Source: a virus
DNA length: 64,000 nt
Strand: one strand, 5' to 3'
IMG/VR virus record: IMGVR_UViG_3300027763_000027
Location: 32,001-96,000 of that record
In this document: one piece after another, positions 1-9,565 of the stretch
Position numbering within the stretch: the stretch's first letter is position 1
Layout of the letters: each line of letters starts with the position of its first letter
Position numbers and translations under genes: made by a program
Notes under the pieces: generated by a model
Told to the model about the DNA's origin: nothing
The model's input: the letters and a program-made list of their open reading frames with translations, nothing else
Databases searched by the model: none

Positions 1-1669
1 TTTTTATAGAAGCAAATAAACTAGTAGATATGTAAACATCACCGATTGCTTCTGGTATAACATATAAAATTCTATTCTCTTGACCTTCGTTATCCAAAAT
101 TTCTTCAAATGATACTTTTTTATTTTCTTGATTTTCTTTATTGGCTACTTGTCTAAAATAATTTTCTATATCAGTTCTTTTGCCTCCTTTTTTAATTTCT
201 TGTAGCCAATATTTTAATCCGTCATCATTTTCATTAATATCTTTCATTTTTAAAATATTATTATACATAAAAATAAGCCATTCAGTATCATCTTTTATTT
301 CTGGAATAATAGCGAATGGATTTCTTTCTTCTTCTTTTAGAGAGAAGTCGTGATTCGTGATTACTGAATCATCAATAAATTTTTCTATAGCTCCTCCTAT
401 GGTTTGAACTGAGAAATTTTCTAAAGTCCATTCTCTAGCTTTTTTACCTAATTCTCTTCTTTTTTGAATAGGCATGTTGTATACTTTATTTAATTGTTTA
501 GCTATTGAAGATGGTTTTGTTGAGGCTTTAATAAATTCGGTTCCATGCTCTCTATATTCTGACCAATCTAATTCTAAAGAATAAGCTTCTCGCTCACACA
601 TTTCTTCTCCACAAGAATAATTAGTTACCAAAGTTATAAGTTCTGTTAATTTTGCCTCTTGAATAGGTATTTCTTGTCCACCACTAGTAAATGGGTGACA
701 ATATACATCCATTAAATTATAAACTTCATTTAATTGTGATTCAGTTACGCCTAGACCAACGCTTGTCGTTGTTTGACTTTTTTCGCTCTTACAAAATCTA
801 CAATTTAAATCTTGACCTTGAAATAGTTTAATTTCGTATTCATGGCAATTTTTACAAATATATGTTGTTAGAATTTCTCTTAAATCAATGCCGTATTCTT
901 TGGCTAATTTATGAATATTCCAACCCTCTGACCAATGAGTATGTAATAGTAAATATGTATTTTTAATTTGAGGATTTTGCCTCTTCCATAGAGCATATCC
1001 TTCTAATAAATTAGGAACACTTTTTCTTAATTGATTTCTAAATACAAACCCAATAATAAAAGAATCTAAAGGGATATTGTGTTTTTTTCTAAGCTCTTCT
1101 CTTTTGTAGTTATCTAATCTATAAAATTCAGCAGGATCAAGGGGTCCGTGCATTGTCTGGACATGAGCGTGACCTAGATCATGTAAAGCTTTAGTAGCGA
1201 AATTGCTCCAAATCCAATAGTTTTTAATTTTATTAGCTTTTTCTACTGCCGAAGGTAAAATCGGTAAAGAATCTAATGTGGTCCACAAAACTGATGGAAT
1301 TTTGTTGAACCATTTTTTATCTATTGCAAAATCTATACCCCAAATATCTTGTACAGCAATATAAATATCTGGCTTCTCTTCGTGAATTACTTTGTCTAAA
1401 AAATGCGCACCATAACTAGCAAGTCTGGCTAAATTAGGATCTTTATTTAATTCATTTATTTCTTGAGGATTATCTGGTAAAGATCCAATTGATTTCCATG
1501 GAGTTTTTTTGAGTTCTGGATTAGAATACTGCATTCCACAGCAGTAATGAATAATTTCGTATTTATTTGTATTATATAAATACGTTAGTAACGCCTTAGC
1601 TGCCCTACCAAATCCAGTTTTAGCCAAAGTAAAATCTGATTGGTAGAAGATTTTCTTTTTTTTAGACAC
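1..1669 (-). CDS. Glycosyltransferase (GT4-like with Zn-ribbon insert, fused to a GT9-like domain); runs off the window start
   Basis: Not in the ORF track. GTG at 1669 gives MSKKKKIFYQSDFTLAKTGFGRAAK. Contains CKNC..CRFC and a GT4-type acidic motif (HPFTSGGQEIPIQEA). In-frame LYVIPEAIGDVYISTSLFASIK near the window edge resembles a GT9 N-terminus. Confidence 0.75.
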   Translation of the reverse strand, partial: MSKKKKIFYQSDFTLAKTGFGRAAKALLTYLYNTNKYEIIHYCCGMQYSNPELKKTPWKSIGSLPDNPQEINELNKDPNLARLASYGAHFLDKVIHEEKPDIYIAVQDIWGIDFAIDKKWFNKIPSVLWTTLDSLPILPSAVEKANKIKNYWIWSNFATKALHDLGHAHVQTMHGPLDPAEFYRLDNYKREELRKKHNIPLDSFIIGFVFRNQLRKSVPNLLEGYALWKRQNPQIKNTYLLLHTHWSEGWNIHKLAKEYGIDLREILTTYICKNCHEYEIKLFQGQDLNCRFCKSEKSQTTTSVGLGVTESQLNEVYNLMDVYCHPFTSGGQEIPIQEAKLTELITLVTNYSCGEEMCEREAYSLELDWSEYREHGTEFIKASTKPSSIAKQLNKVYNMPIQKRRELGKKAREWTLENFSVQTIGGAIEKFIDDSVITNHDFSLKEEERNPFAIIPEIKDDTEWLIFMYNNILKMKDINENDDGLKYWLQEIKKGGKRTDIENYFRQVANKENQENKKVSFEEILDNEGQENRILYVIPEAIGDVYISTSLFASIK

Positions 1670-1671
1670 GA

Positions 1672-2211
1672 TTACCAAAGCTCACTATCGTCTTGAGCGT
1701 TCTTCTGTACGTTTGGTGAATTTGGTGCATTTTTTATCTTTTTAATTGCTTCAATTCTTTGAGATTCAAAAGTAGCATTTAAAGCGTAAGAGATAAATTC
1801 TTTTAATAACCTAGCTTCATTAAAATAAAATCCAATTAAGTAAGACTGTTTATTTTCACTGTTTTGCTTATCTTCTTTATTAACTGAATAAGAATAGCCT
1901 ACTTGCTTGTCATCTCTGATATACGGACAGAGTTTTATCCTTGTTGTTTGTTTTTCTGAAGTATGGTACGCAGAAAACTCTACATTTCTTTCGATTGCGT
2001 CTAAAATTCCTGCTGCTTCTGTTAAAGAAAATTTGATTTTTACACTTTTATTTGGATTATTTTGATTTTCTGAAAATGACCCTATTTTTTTAGCTTCATT
2101 CCATGCTGATTGTTTAATTAATGAACCCCATATGGATTCGTCTTTTGGATTGACTGTGAAACTACAAGCTGTTCCTGTGTTTTTGCTATTTGGTTTATAA
2201 AAAGATATCAT
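1672..2211 (-). CDS. Hypothetical protein, possibly ssDNA-binding (Whirly/PC4-like)
   Basis: 179 aa, next to the polymerase, acidic-aromatic C-terminal tail (DDSELW), own sigma70-like promoter. Confidence 0.4.
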   Translation of the reverse strand: MISFYKPNSKNTGTACSFTVNPKDESIWGSLIKQSAWNEAKKIGSFSENQNNPNKSVKIKFSLTEAAGILDAIERNVEFSAYHTSEKQTTRIKLCPYIRDDKQVGYSYSVNKEDKQNSENKQSYLIGFYFNEARLLKEFISYALNATFESQRIEAIKKIKNAPNSPNVQKNAQDDSELW

Positions 2212-2218
2212 ATATAAT

Positions 2219-2247
2219 ATATTATCATTATAATGTAATTATGTCAA
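2219..2247 (-). promoter_or_regulatory. sigma70-type promoter
   Basis: TTGACA-17 nt-TAATAT; ATG follows 7 nt after the -10. Confidence 0.65.
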
Positions 2248-4826
2248 CTATTTTTGTCTATCTTTTTTAAATCATTTAATTTCATATAAATTTGATGATC
2301 TTGGATAGCTATTAAATCGCCAAATACACAATCATCTCTTTTTGAGCCTTTCGCTATAACAATATTGCCTTCTTCAAAAGCTTTGTTATTTAACAGTTTA
2401 TTATTTTCAATGTTATCATTAAATATTAATACGCTAATAGAACTGGTTTCATCTGATATTTTTAATCTCACATATCTAGTTTTCTTTTCGTTTTTTGATA
2501 CACCAGTATATACTTCCTCTATTTGACCCACAAATGCTACTTTTGAATTAATTGGTTCTTCTAGGATATCTGATATAAATTTTAAATTCTCACGCTTTTC
2601 AATAAAGATATCCCTTAGATTTTTGTTGTATGTATATCCTAATAGCTTTTTTTCATAATACCAATTTGCAAAACTTTCGCTTTTACTATTCTGATTGTAA
2701 ATTTCAAGATATGGCGCATACTTTGCTTTAATAGTGTTTAATCTGTTATCTTTAATAACCACATGATTTTTTTCGTCAGTAAATTTATTGAGGTGTTTAA
2801 TTATTTTAATTAAATCATAATCAAATTTATCTGCAAATGAAATTGCATATTTTTTTTCTTTGGCAGTTAGGATGTTCCATAATTGAGCTTCTAGAACAAT
2901 TTTACTTCTAGATTGACTAAAACCACTTAATGCCCCAGCTTGAATTAAAGATGATAGAACCCCAATGTTAAGATTTGCTTCTTCTGCTGCTTGGAAAATT
3001 TCAAATTTATTAGAATACTTATTTCTAAAGCTATTTAATTTTTCGATAGATTTATCACTAATCCCTTTTATAGAGAGCAATCCAAATCTGATATCCTTAT
3101 CTTCTGTTGAGAAATCCATTTCTGATTTAATGATATGTGGAGGAAGAAGTTTGATGTCGAATTCATGCATTTCTTTTTGAATCTTAGAGATTTCACCAAT
3201 TGGGTCTGGTTCATTTCTGCTCATTTTCAATAATGACAAGAAAAATTGTTGAGGATAATTAAATTTTAAATAAATTGTAACTGCTGCCAAAGCAGCATAA
3301 GCTAACGAATGACTTTTGTTAAATGAATAATTTGCAGAATCCTCTAGAATCTTCCAAAGAATCTCTCCTACTTCTTTTGGAATTTTATTTTCTTTAATCT
3401 TTAATTCGATCTTTTTCTTCCACGCTTTGATTTCTTCTGTTTTCTTTTTACCAACGATTCTCCTTAAGATTTCCGCTTCGTCAAGAGTGAAGCCGATTTT
3501 GTTCGCCATCTTCATCAACTGCTCTTGATACAGGGCTACTCCACCAGTTTCTTTTAGGATCTCATCGAAAAATGGATGAATACTTTCTGATTGTTGATAA
3601 TTTGTATGAGCAGCATATTTATCCACGAATTGTAATGCTCCAGGTCTTGCTAAAGCTAAGACTCCGCTAAGTTCCTCAAGGCTTTTTGGCTTTACCTTTT
3701 GACAAACTCTAAAATTAGTTTCTGCTTCAATTTGAAACAGTCCGTGAGGCGATCTTAATTCTTGTAGATTTCTATAAATAGATTCATGATTTAAATCGAT
3801 ATCTTCTACTTTGATGCCTATGCTTTTGCAAACATCATCAACTACAGAAACACTTCTTAAACCCAAAATATCGAGTTTAATATTAAATAAACTAACCCAG
3901 TTCATATCAAAACTAGAAACTGGCTCTTTGTCTGATGAAAATTCAGTAGGACAAATTGTTTCTAAATTATAATAAGATAAAAGAACTCCAGAAGGATGGA
4001 CTCCTTTATTTTTAATTAAATCTCTGAGTTTTAAAGCTATTTCATAAGTTTCTTTATTTTCATCACACCAATCTTTAAATTTGGAAACTTCTTCGTAAGC
4101 CTCTTCGATGTTTTTGACTTGACCATATACCTTTGGAATTAAAGAGGAGATATTCGTCATCTCTTCTTCTGTTTTTTCGCCCACGATTTTACCACATTCT
4201 TTTATTAATAATTTTCCACTTAATGTGTTTAAAGTTAAAATTTTACTAGTTTTTCCTTTAAATTTATTTTCCAAGTATTGAAGTACTTTTTGTCTATTAT
4301 AATAACAAATGTCCAAATCAACGTCACACATTAAACTACCATCCAAATAGGTTACCCCGTCAACAACCTGCTTTTTAGCTCGAATCTTGGATATAAATCT
4401 TTCGAAATAGAGGTCATATTTAACTGGATCTATCCTAGTTACCCCAATAAGATATAGTATTAATGACCCAGCAGCCGAACCCCTACCTAATCCTATTGGA
4501 ATATTGCTAGTTTTACAAAAATTAATAACATCCCAAACTAATAAAATATAATCTATAAAACCCAATTCTTTTAATGTTTCTAATTCGTATTTTGCTCTAT
4601 CAATATATTTTTTATAATCTTTATTATTCTTGTCTATATTTAAATTTTTAAATCCATTCAAAGATAAAGCTCTTAGAAAATCATAATTATCAACATCCTC
4701 GCTTATATTAAGATGCCTCTTTAGGGATGAATCGATATTAAACTCTGGTAGTCTAACGCCGTGTAGACCTAAATCTATATCAGAGAATTTTTCAGAAAAG
4801 ATATTGTCTTTTAAAGCGTTATTCAT
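2244..4826 (-). CDS. dnaE: DNA polymerase III alpha subunit (DnaE-type) lacking the N-terminal PHP domain
   Basis: GRGSAAGSL, FERF, DVDLD catalytic motif, HPSGV, KLDILGL, YSFNKSH, IRFGL, C-terminal OB-like region. Confidence 0.95.
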   Translation of the reverse strand: MNNALKDNIFSEKFSDIDLGLHGVRLPEFNIDSSLKRHLNISEDVDNYDFLRALSLNGFKNLNIDKNNKDYKKYIDRAKYELETLKELGFIDYILLVWDVINFCKTSNIPIGLGRGSAAGSLILYLIGVTRIDPVKYDLYFERFISKIRAKKQVVDGVTYLDGSLMCDVDLDICYYNRQKVLQYLENKFKGKTSKILTLNTLSGKLLIKECGKIVGEKTEEEMTNISSLIPKVYGQVKNIEEAYEEVSKFKDWCDENKETYEIALKLRDLIKNKGVHPSGVLLSYYNLETICPTEFSSDKEPVSSFDMNWVSLFNIKLDILGLRSVSVVDDVCKSIGIKVEDIDLNHESIYRNLQELRSPHGLFQIEAETNFRVCQKVKPKSLEELSGVLALARPGALQFVDKYAAHTNYQQSESIHPFFDEILKETGGVALYQEQLMKMANKIGFTLDEAEILRRIVGKKKTEEIKAWKKKIELKIKENKIPKEVGEILWKILEDSANYSFNKSHSLAYAALAAVTIYLKFNYPQQFFLSLLKMSRNEPDPIGEISKIQKEMHEFDIKLLPPHIIKSEMDFSTEDKDIRFGLLSIKGISDKSIEKLNSFRNKYSNKFEIFQAAEEANLNIGVLSSLIQAGALSGFSQSRSKIVLEAQLWNILTAKEKKYAISFADKFDYDLIKIIKHLNKFTDEKNHVVIKDNRLNTIKAKYAPYLEIYNQNSKSESFANWYYEKKLLGYTYNKNLRDIFIEKRENLKFISDILEEPINSKVAFVGQIEEVYTGVSKNEKKTRYVRLKISDETSSISVLIFNDNIENNKLLNNKAFEEGNIVIAKGSKRDDCVFGDLIAIQDHQIYMKLNDLKKIDKNS

Positions 4827-5040
4827 TAGTTCCTGGCTCGTCTCTTTCTATATTGTCTATTTCTTTATTAAAAGAATCTAGTCCTTTAGCCAAAATCCTC
4901 ATTGAGCCTCTGTCTTTTAAATAGTAAAAAACATCTGCTTTCCCTTGCTTTTTACCTTTTTGAATTGTTATTAGCAAGTATTCTATATTTCCATCTTCTA
5001 ATTTTTGTGTCATGTCGTATATGTCGTCTAGTGATCCCAT
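4819..5040 (-). CDS. Small hypothetical protein in the polymerase operon
   Basis: 73 aa ORF tightly packed between the exonuclease gene and dnaE. Confidence 0.6.
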   Translation of the reverse strand: MGSLDDIYDMTQKLEDGNIEYLLITIQKGKKQGKADVFYYLKDRGSMRILAKGLDSFNKEIDNIERDEPGTNE

Positions 5041-5041
5041 T

Positions 5042-5680
5042 TTATACCTCCAATTGCCATTTTAATTTATTCCATACTTTTAAATTTAAGTCAAGATCAT
5101 TAATTGCATCGTGAAGCTTTTCGTAATCATGTTCTATCCCGTTTTCTTTACCCAAGAAAGTAAGTGAGCTTTTTACGTTCTTTTTTCTTGTATGATATAT
5201 TTTATATTGATATTCAATCAAACTATCTTTAGGGTTGTATGGAGTTTCATATTTTATGCCTCTAGCTATAGCGTTTGTATCAATAAATTTATTAGTTAAA
5301 TGATGCCAATTACATCCCATATACTTATAATACTCTTTTATTAAATAAATATCAAATCCTAAAGTATTATGTCCAATAATATAATCTGCTTTATCCAACC
5401 AGTCTTTAATGGTTGGAAATATCTCTTTTGGATCGTGCCCCTCCTTTTGGACTTTTTTGTGATCATATCTAGTTATTCTTGCTGCGTCTTGACTTATTTT
5501 TAAATCTGTTTGCCATTTTAAATAAAAGTTTTTCTGATCAATTTTTTTATCACCTTGAACTTTTAGCATAGCTATTTGCCATGGAATATTGTGACAAAAA
5601 TTAAGACATAAATTAAATGTCTCGCAATCAATAAAAACCAATGTTTTATTTTTATTATATCTTAAAAGATGTTCGTCCAT
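5042..5680 (-). CDS. DEDDh 3'-5' exonuclease (DnaQ/epsilon-like)
   Basis: ExoI FIDCET, ExoII GHNTLGFD, ExoIII HDAINDL. The likely start is ATG 5680, just after the PHP stop; the track start is 5722. Confidence 0.85.
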   Translation of the reverse strand: MDEHLLRYNKNKTLVFIDCETFNLCLNFCHNIPWQIAMLKVQGDKKIDQKNFYLKWQTDLKISQDAARITRYDHKKVQKEGHDPKEIFPTIKDWLDKADYIIGHNTLGFDIYLIKEYYKYMGCNWHHLTNKFIDTNAIARGIKYETPYNPKDSLIEYQYKIYHTRKKNVKSSLTFLGKENGIEHDYEKLHDAINDLDLNLKVWNKLKWQLEV

Positions 5681-5684
5681 AATA

Positions 5685-6431
5685 TCACTTACTTTCCTTC
5701 CAGCTTTCAAAACAAAATTCATTACTACTCATATGTTCTATTTCTGGTTTATTTAAAATACTCCTATTATTGATGCATCTAGAAGTTAAGTATGTTTTAA
5801 AATCTTTTCTTTTATTATAATAAATACTTTTTACATTAAAGACTTCTAATTCATTTTGCTTTGCGAAGCTTAATATTTTATCTTTAATAATAAAATCAAA
5901 AGGTAATTCGTTTTCTTCTAAAAAAACGATTGGTTTGGTAAAATCAAATTGGGGAACGCATATATTATTTTTTAAAGTATTATTGAATATAAAAGAGTCA
6001 TAAAATGGAATAGCTAATATTAAATCTTCTGACCAGTTTTTAGACAAAGTAGAATAATCAAGTCTTGGTTCGTAATAAAATCCATCTTTAGCAGCAATAC
6101 TAAATAGTTTGGTTAACAATTCGTATCCTTTTTTATTTTTAAAAAATAAGATAATTTTTGAATTTTTAGTTCTAGATTCATCAGATTTGTCGATCATTGA
6201 TTCTGTTATAGATATTCTTAATCCATAATTTAATTTAATATTATTGCTTTTACAATTAAAATAAGCTTCCAAAAAAGAAGACATATTATCTTCTACTAGA
6301 AATAACTCGTTTAGTTTATTGTTTTTACATATTTGTATTATTGAATCTGGATAATTATCCTCTTCAGATTTATCCTCTAGAGTAAGAATAGATCTTCCTA
6401 TAGAATAATGTGATTTAAAAATTGGAATCAT
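5685..6431 (-). CDS. Stand-alone PHP domain of Pol III alpha
   Basis: KSHYSIGRSIL, LNYGLRI, KNKKGYELLTKL and FYYEPRLD resemble the DnaE N-terminal PHP region; metal ligands look degenerate. Confidence 0.8.
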   Translation of the reverse strand: MIPIFKSHYSIGRSILTLEDKSEEDNYPDSIIQICKNNKLNELFLVEDNMSSFLEAYFNCKSNNIKLNYGLRISITESMIDKSDESRTKNSKIILFFKNKKGYELLTKLFSIAAKDGFYYEPRLDYSTLSKNWSEDLILAIPFYDSFIFNNTLKNNICVPQFDFTKPIVFLEENELPFDFIIKDKILSFAKQNELEVFNVKSIYYNKRKDFKTYLTSRCINNRSILNKPEIEHMSSNEFCFESWKESK

Positions 6432-6441
6432 TACCTAGATT

Positions 6442-6470
6442 AGGATATGATATTTTTATATATTTGTCAA
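6442..6470 (-). promoter_or_regulatory. sigma70-type promoter of the PHP-exo-dnaE operon
   Basis: TTGACA-17 nt-TATCCT; ATG 10 nt downstream. Confidence 0.6.
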
Positions 6471-9400
6471 GTTTTTTTAAAATCTCTTATTTTAGGAAGT
6501 AAAAGCGACCAATTCGTTGTTTTGTAGCTTGGGACATTAAAATTTATTGTGGGATTTAATGAATGTATTAAATTATCGTCTTTTTCCTTACTATTTTGGA
6601 TTTTAAGAGCTTTTTGTTTTTTTATAATTTTATTAATATTAATTCCTTCTGGGATTTTTAATTTTAAATTAAAATAGTTTTGTAAATCGTCTATAGACCT
6701 TTCGTAATCGTATTCAAAAAGATAATGATTTATTAAATTTACGGATTTATCTTCTATAAAATATTTTTGATTATATTTCCTATATAATTCTCCTGTGGCA
6801 GGATTCTCTGCGCCTGCTTTGTCTGCTGGATTTTTTAATTTTGCACTGTAATTATGCCAAACTGTAGCTTCTGAAGTTAATTTTAAATTCCATCCTTTTA
6901 AAAAACTCAAAAAAGTCATAACGTCTTCTTCTCCTTTGTAGACTATATAATCAGAATAAACTACTTCTTTTAACCATTTTTTACTCGTAAAAAAGAAACC
7001 AGCAGAAATCCAATATGCATCCACCATTTCGTAGTCTTTTAATGAATCTATATTCTTCACTTGCAAGCGATTATCTTTGGGGTTATTATTATCATAGAAA
7101 CCAACTATTTTAAGTGGTGCGTTAAATGGAAAACGTTCGCGCTCTGGGACATTTAAATATTCGTCTTCTTTATCTGGCTTATCAAAATGGTTTGGATAAG
7201 TACTTAATACTACTTTTTCTAAACCGAAGCTTTTGTATTGGTTAATGAGTATATTGTCCCAATTTTTTTTAACTCTGCTATGAGAATCTAGTTGTAAAAA
7301 ATAGTCTTCGTCATTATACAGTTCTTCTTTTATTTTGTTCCTAGCCCAATGAACACCTTTCGTTAATTCTATAGGGGTAAATTTAATCTTTAAATTCTTA
7401 AAATTATAAGACAGTATTTTTTTATAAAAATCTTCGCTGTCCTGTAAATGCAGACCAATACAGATTCTGTCTGAATCGAAAGCTTCTTCATTTAAAGATC
7501 TTATTGTATTTATGACATCTGTATCACAAAAACTGGCTATAGATACGAATATTTTTTCTTTCTTAAAATCCCAAGTATCTTTGTGGTATCTTGCCCAATT
7601 ACCAATATAATTCTTGTCTTCTAAAAAAGTGCATTGTTTTGATTCTTGAAATTTTTCTGTATTTATATAATAATTTTTATCTTCTATATCGTCCATGTAC
7701 CCTCTAATTCTATATATTAAAGACGATAAAGTAGATAATTTATTTCCTACGAATTTTATTGATCTAGAGCAGATCAATTGCTCTATCATAGGTATCCAAT
7801 TTGGGTGAATATCTTTATATTTCTCTTCTAATAAATTATCTAAATCTTTATAAAAATAGACCTGATATTTTTCTTTAAATATCTTAAAAAAATCTTGGTC
7901 TTTATGATCTGTTGCTATATAGAGTTTTGAGCCAAAAGGGATGATATTTTTAATATTCTCTATTATATCTTCTGCAGGTATCAACAATTCTTTGTATTGG
8001 TCTGCATAGTCTCCGCGCCGTACATGTATACTATAATAATTTTTGTCTTTCAAAAGATTAATAAACTGCCATGCAATATCAAATATTTGTGTTTTATATC
8101 TAACGTATTTCCCTGTTAATTTTTTAATCTCCGCGTCTAAAGAGGTATATATAGTTTGCTCTGGCACTCCAAGTAAATTCTTATCTAAAAATATACATTC
8201 TTCATTAGTAAAGTAATCTTCGGCGTTTATATAATTTCTAAATTTTAAAAAATCTTTGGGCGGAATTACCTTTTCAAAGTTTAATACATTTTTAATGCAA
8301 TCAAAATTTAGAATTTTGCTTATTTTTTTTGCAGATTCTAAATCTTCATTTATGTTTTTGATATTACAAAATTCTTTAAATGATAAATGTTTTATCCCGA
8401 AGTCTTGGTCTAATTCAAAATAGTTTTCTATTGCGCTTTCTTCTCGATAAACTGGACTTGGGATTCTGTAGGCTGGTGGAAGTACTAATTTCCTATTTGT
8501 TAAATATGCTATAGAAAAAGCCAATTCTAGAGACATTCTTAAATTATTAAAACCCGCCATCCAAGGACTTAGTATTAGATATCCTGATTCTCCGTTATAA
8601 TTTTTTAAAGCATTAGAAAAATCCCATTTTAAGTAATATAAATAATCCGTATTGCTTTGCGTTAAATTTGTTAGCAATAAATTATCTATAGGAAATTTAC
8701 ATAAAGATAAATCAATATGTTGTTTTTGTTTATTGGTGTATTCTTGTTTAAAAAAAAGATTTTTTTCACTATCATTTTTATCTTTTATAATGTTTGGATA
8801 ATGAATAATATTTCCTATTATTTTTCTATTTTCATTATACCAATCCGTACATGTTCCTAAGTCTTCTATTGTTTTTATATTTATATTTTCTGATTTTAAA
8901 GAAAAGTCTAAACCAAACATGTCAGATATCCATTCTTTTGTTCTTTCTCTAACCAATTCTGAATAAGATGTATTTTTTTTAGATATTTTTTTAAGGGTTA
9001 AAAAATTTATAACAAAAGGATACATTATAGATTCTGTTTTCGTGTATTCAAAAAATTCTGGAAAATCCGCGAATAAATCAAAAAATCTAGAAAAAAATTG
9101 ATCAGCATTTGGGAAAATCTGCCCAATAATTTGATCATCTTCTAATTGATCATATTCTATACGTTTTGCAAAACACATATCTGGATCAACAAATAGTAAT
9201 TTATCAGAATCTTTAAATTTAAAATAATTAGTTTCGCATAACCATTCTATCGATTTATATTTATTTGGTATGCCTCCGTGCCAATCATGCTTTGCTACAG
9301 TCCACTCTTCTGCCCAGTCGGGTAATTTAACCATTTGTACGTTTTGATCTATTAAAAAGTCTTCATATTTTATATCTAAAGCTTTATTTTCTGGATGGTG

Positions 9401-9529
9401 CCTAATATCATCGGACAATAATATTATAAATTTGCCAGATTGATTAACTTTTTTAAATGACCAATATAATAATTTTATTTGCCATAATTGATAGCTGCAA
9501 ACACTTGTGCTTACGATAAGGTAATCCAT
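6467..9529 (-). CDS. Three-domain protein O-glycosyltransferase: HPAT/SGT-like + O-fucosyltransferase-like + GT60 (Hyp-GlcNAc transferase)-like
   Basis: N-terminal YQLWQ..YWSF..QSG, NK..W, VDPDM. Middle GFNN..LVLPP, IHVRRGD, LYIATD, IEQLICSRS..FVG..STLS. C-terminal IFVSIASFCD, GVHWAR, LQLDSHSR..NWD, LSTYP, SAGFFF, GEED. Confidence 0.75.
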   Translation of the reverse strand: MDYLIVSTSVCSYQLWQIKLLYWSFKKVNQSGKFIILLSDDIRHHPENKALDIKYEDFLIDQNVQMVKLPDWAEEWTVAKHDWHGGIPNKYKSIEWLCETNYFKFKDSDKLLFVDPDMCFAKRIEYDQLEDDQIIGQIFPNADQFFSRFFDLFADFPEFFEYTKTESIMYPFVINFLTLKKISKKNTSYSELVRERTKEWISDMFGLDFSLKSENINIKTIEDLGTCTDWYNENRKIIGNIIHYPNIIKDKNDSEKNLFFKQEYTNKQKQHIDLSLCKFPIDNLLLTNLTQSNTDYLYYLKWDFSNALKNYNGESGYLILSPWMAGFNNLRMSLELAFSIAYLTNRKLVLPPAYRIPSPVYREESAIENYFELDQDFGIKHLSFKEFCNIKNINEDLESAKKISKILNFDCIKNVLNFEKVIPPKDFLKFRNYINAEDYFTNEECIFLDKNLLGVPEQTIYTSLDAEIKKLTGKYVRYKTQIFDIAWQFINLLKDKNYYSIHVRRGDYADQYKELLIPAEDIIENIKNIIPFGSKLYIATDHKDQDFFKIFKEKYQVYFYKDLDNLLEEKYKDIHPNWIPMIEQLICSRSIKFVGNKLSTLSSLIYRIRGYMDDIEDKNYYINTEKFQESKQCTFLEDKNYIGNWARYHKDTWDFKKEKIFVSIASFCDTDVINTIRSLNEEAFDSDRICIGLHLQDSEDFYKKILSYNFKNLKIKFTPIELTKGVHWARNKIKEELYNDEDYFLQLDSHSRVKKNWDNILINQYKSFGLEKVVLSTYPNHFDKPDKEDEYLNVPERERFPFNAPLKIVGFYDNNNPKDNRLQVKNIDSLKDYEMVDAYWISAGFFFTSKKWLKEVVYSDYIVYKGEEDVMTFLSFLKGWNLKLTSEATVWHNYSAKLKNPADKAGAENPATGELYRKYNQKYFIEDKSVNLINHYLFEYDYERSIDDLQNYFNLKLKIPEGININKIIKKQKALKIQNSKEKDDNLIHSLNPTINFNVPSYKTTNWSLLLPKIRDFKKT

Positions 9530-9565
9530 ACTGGATTTACACTCTAATAACAGGTATGAATAGTG

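Noticed and set aside
5680-5722. Programmed frameshift fusing PHP to the exonuclease
   Set aside because: The overlap would need a +1 shift, there is no convincing slippery site, and an ATG lies 4 nt after the PHP stop.
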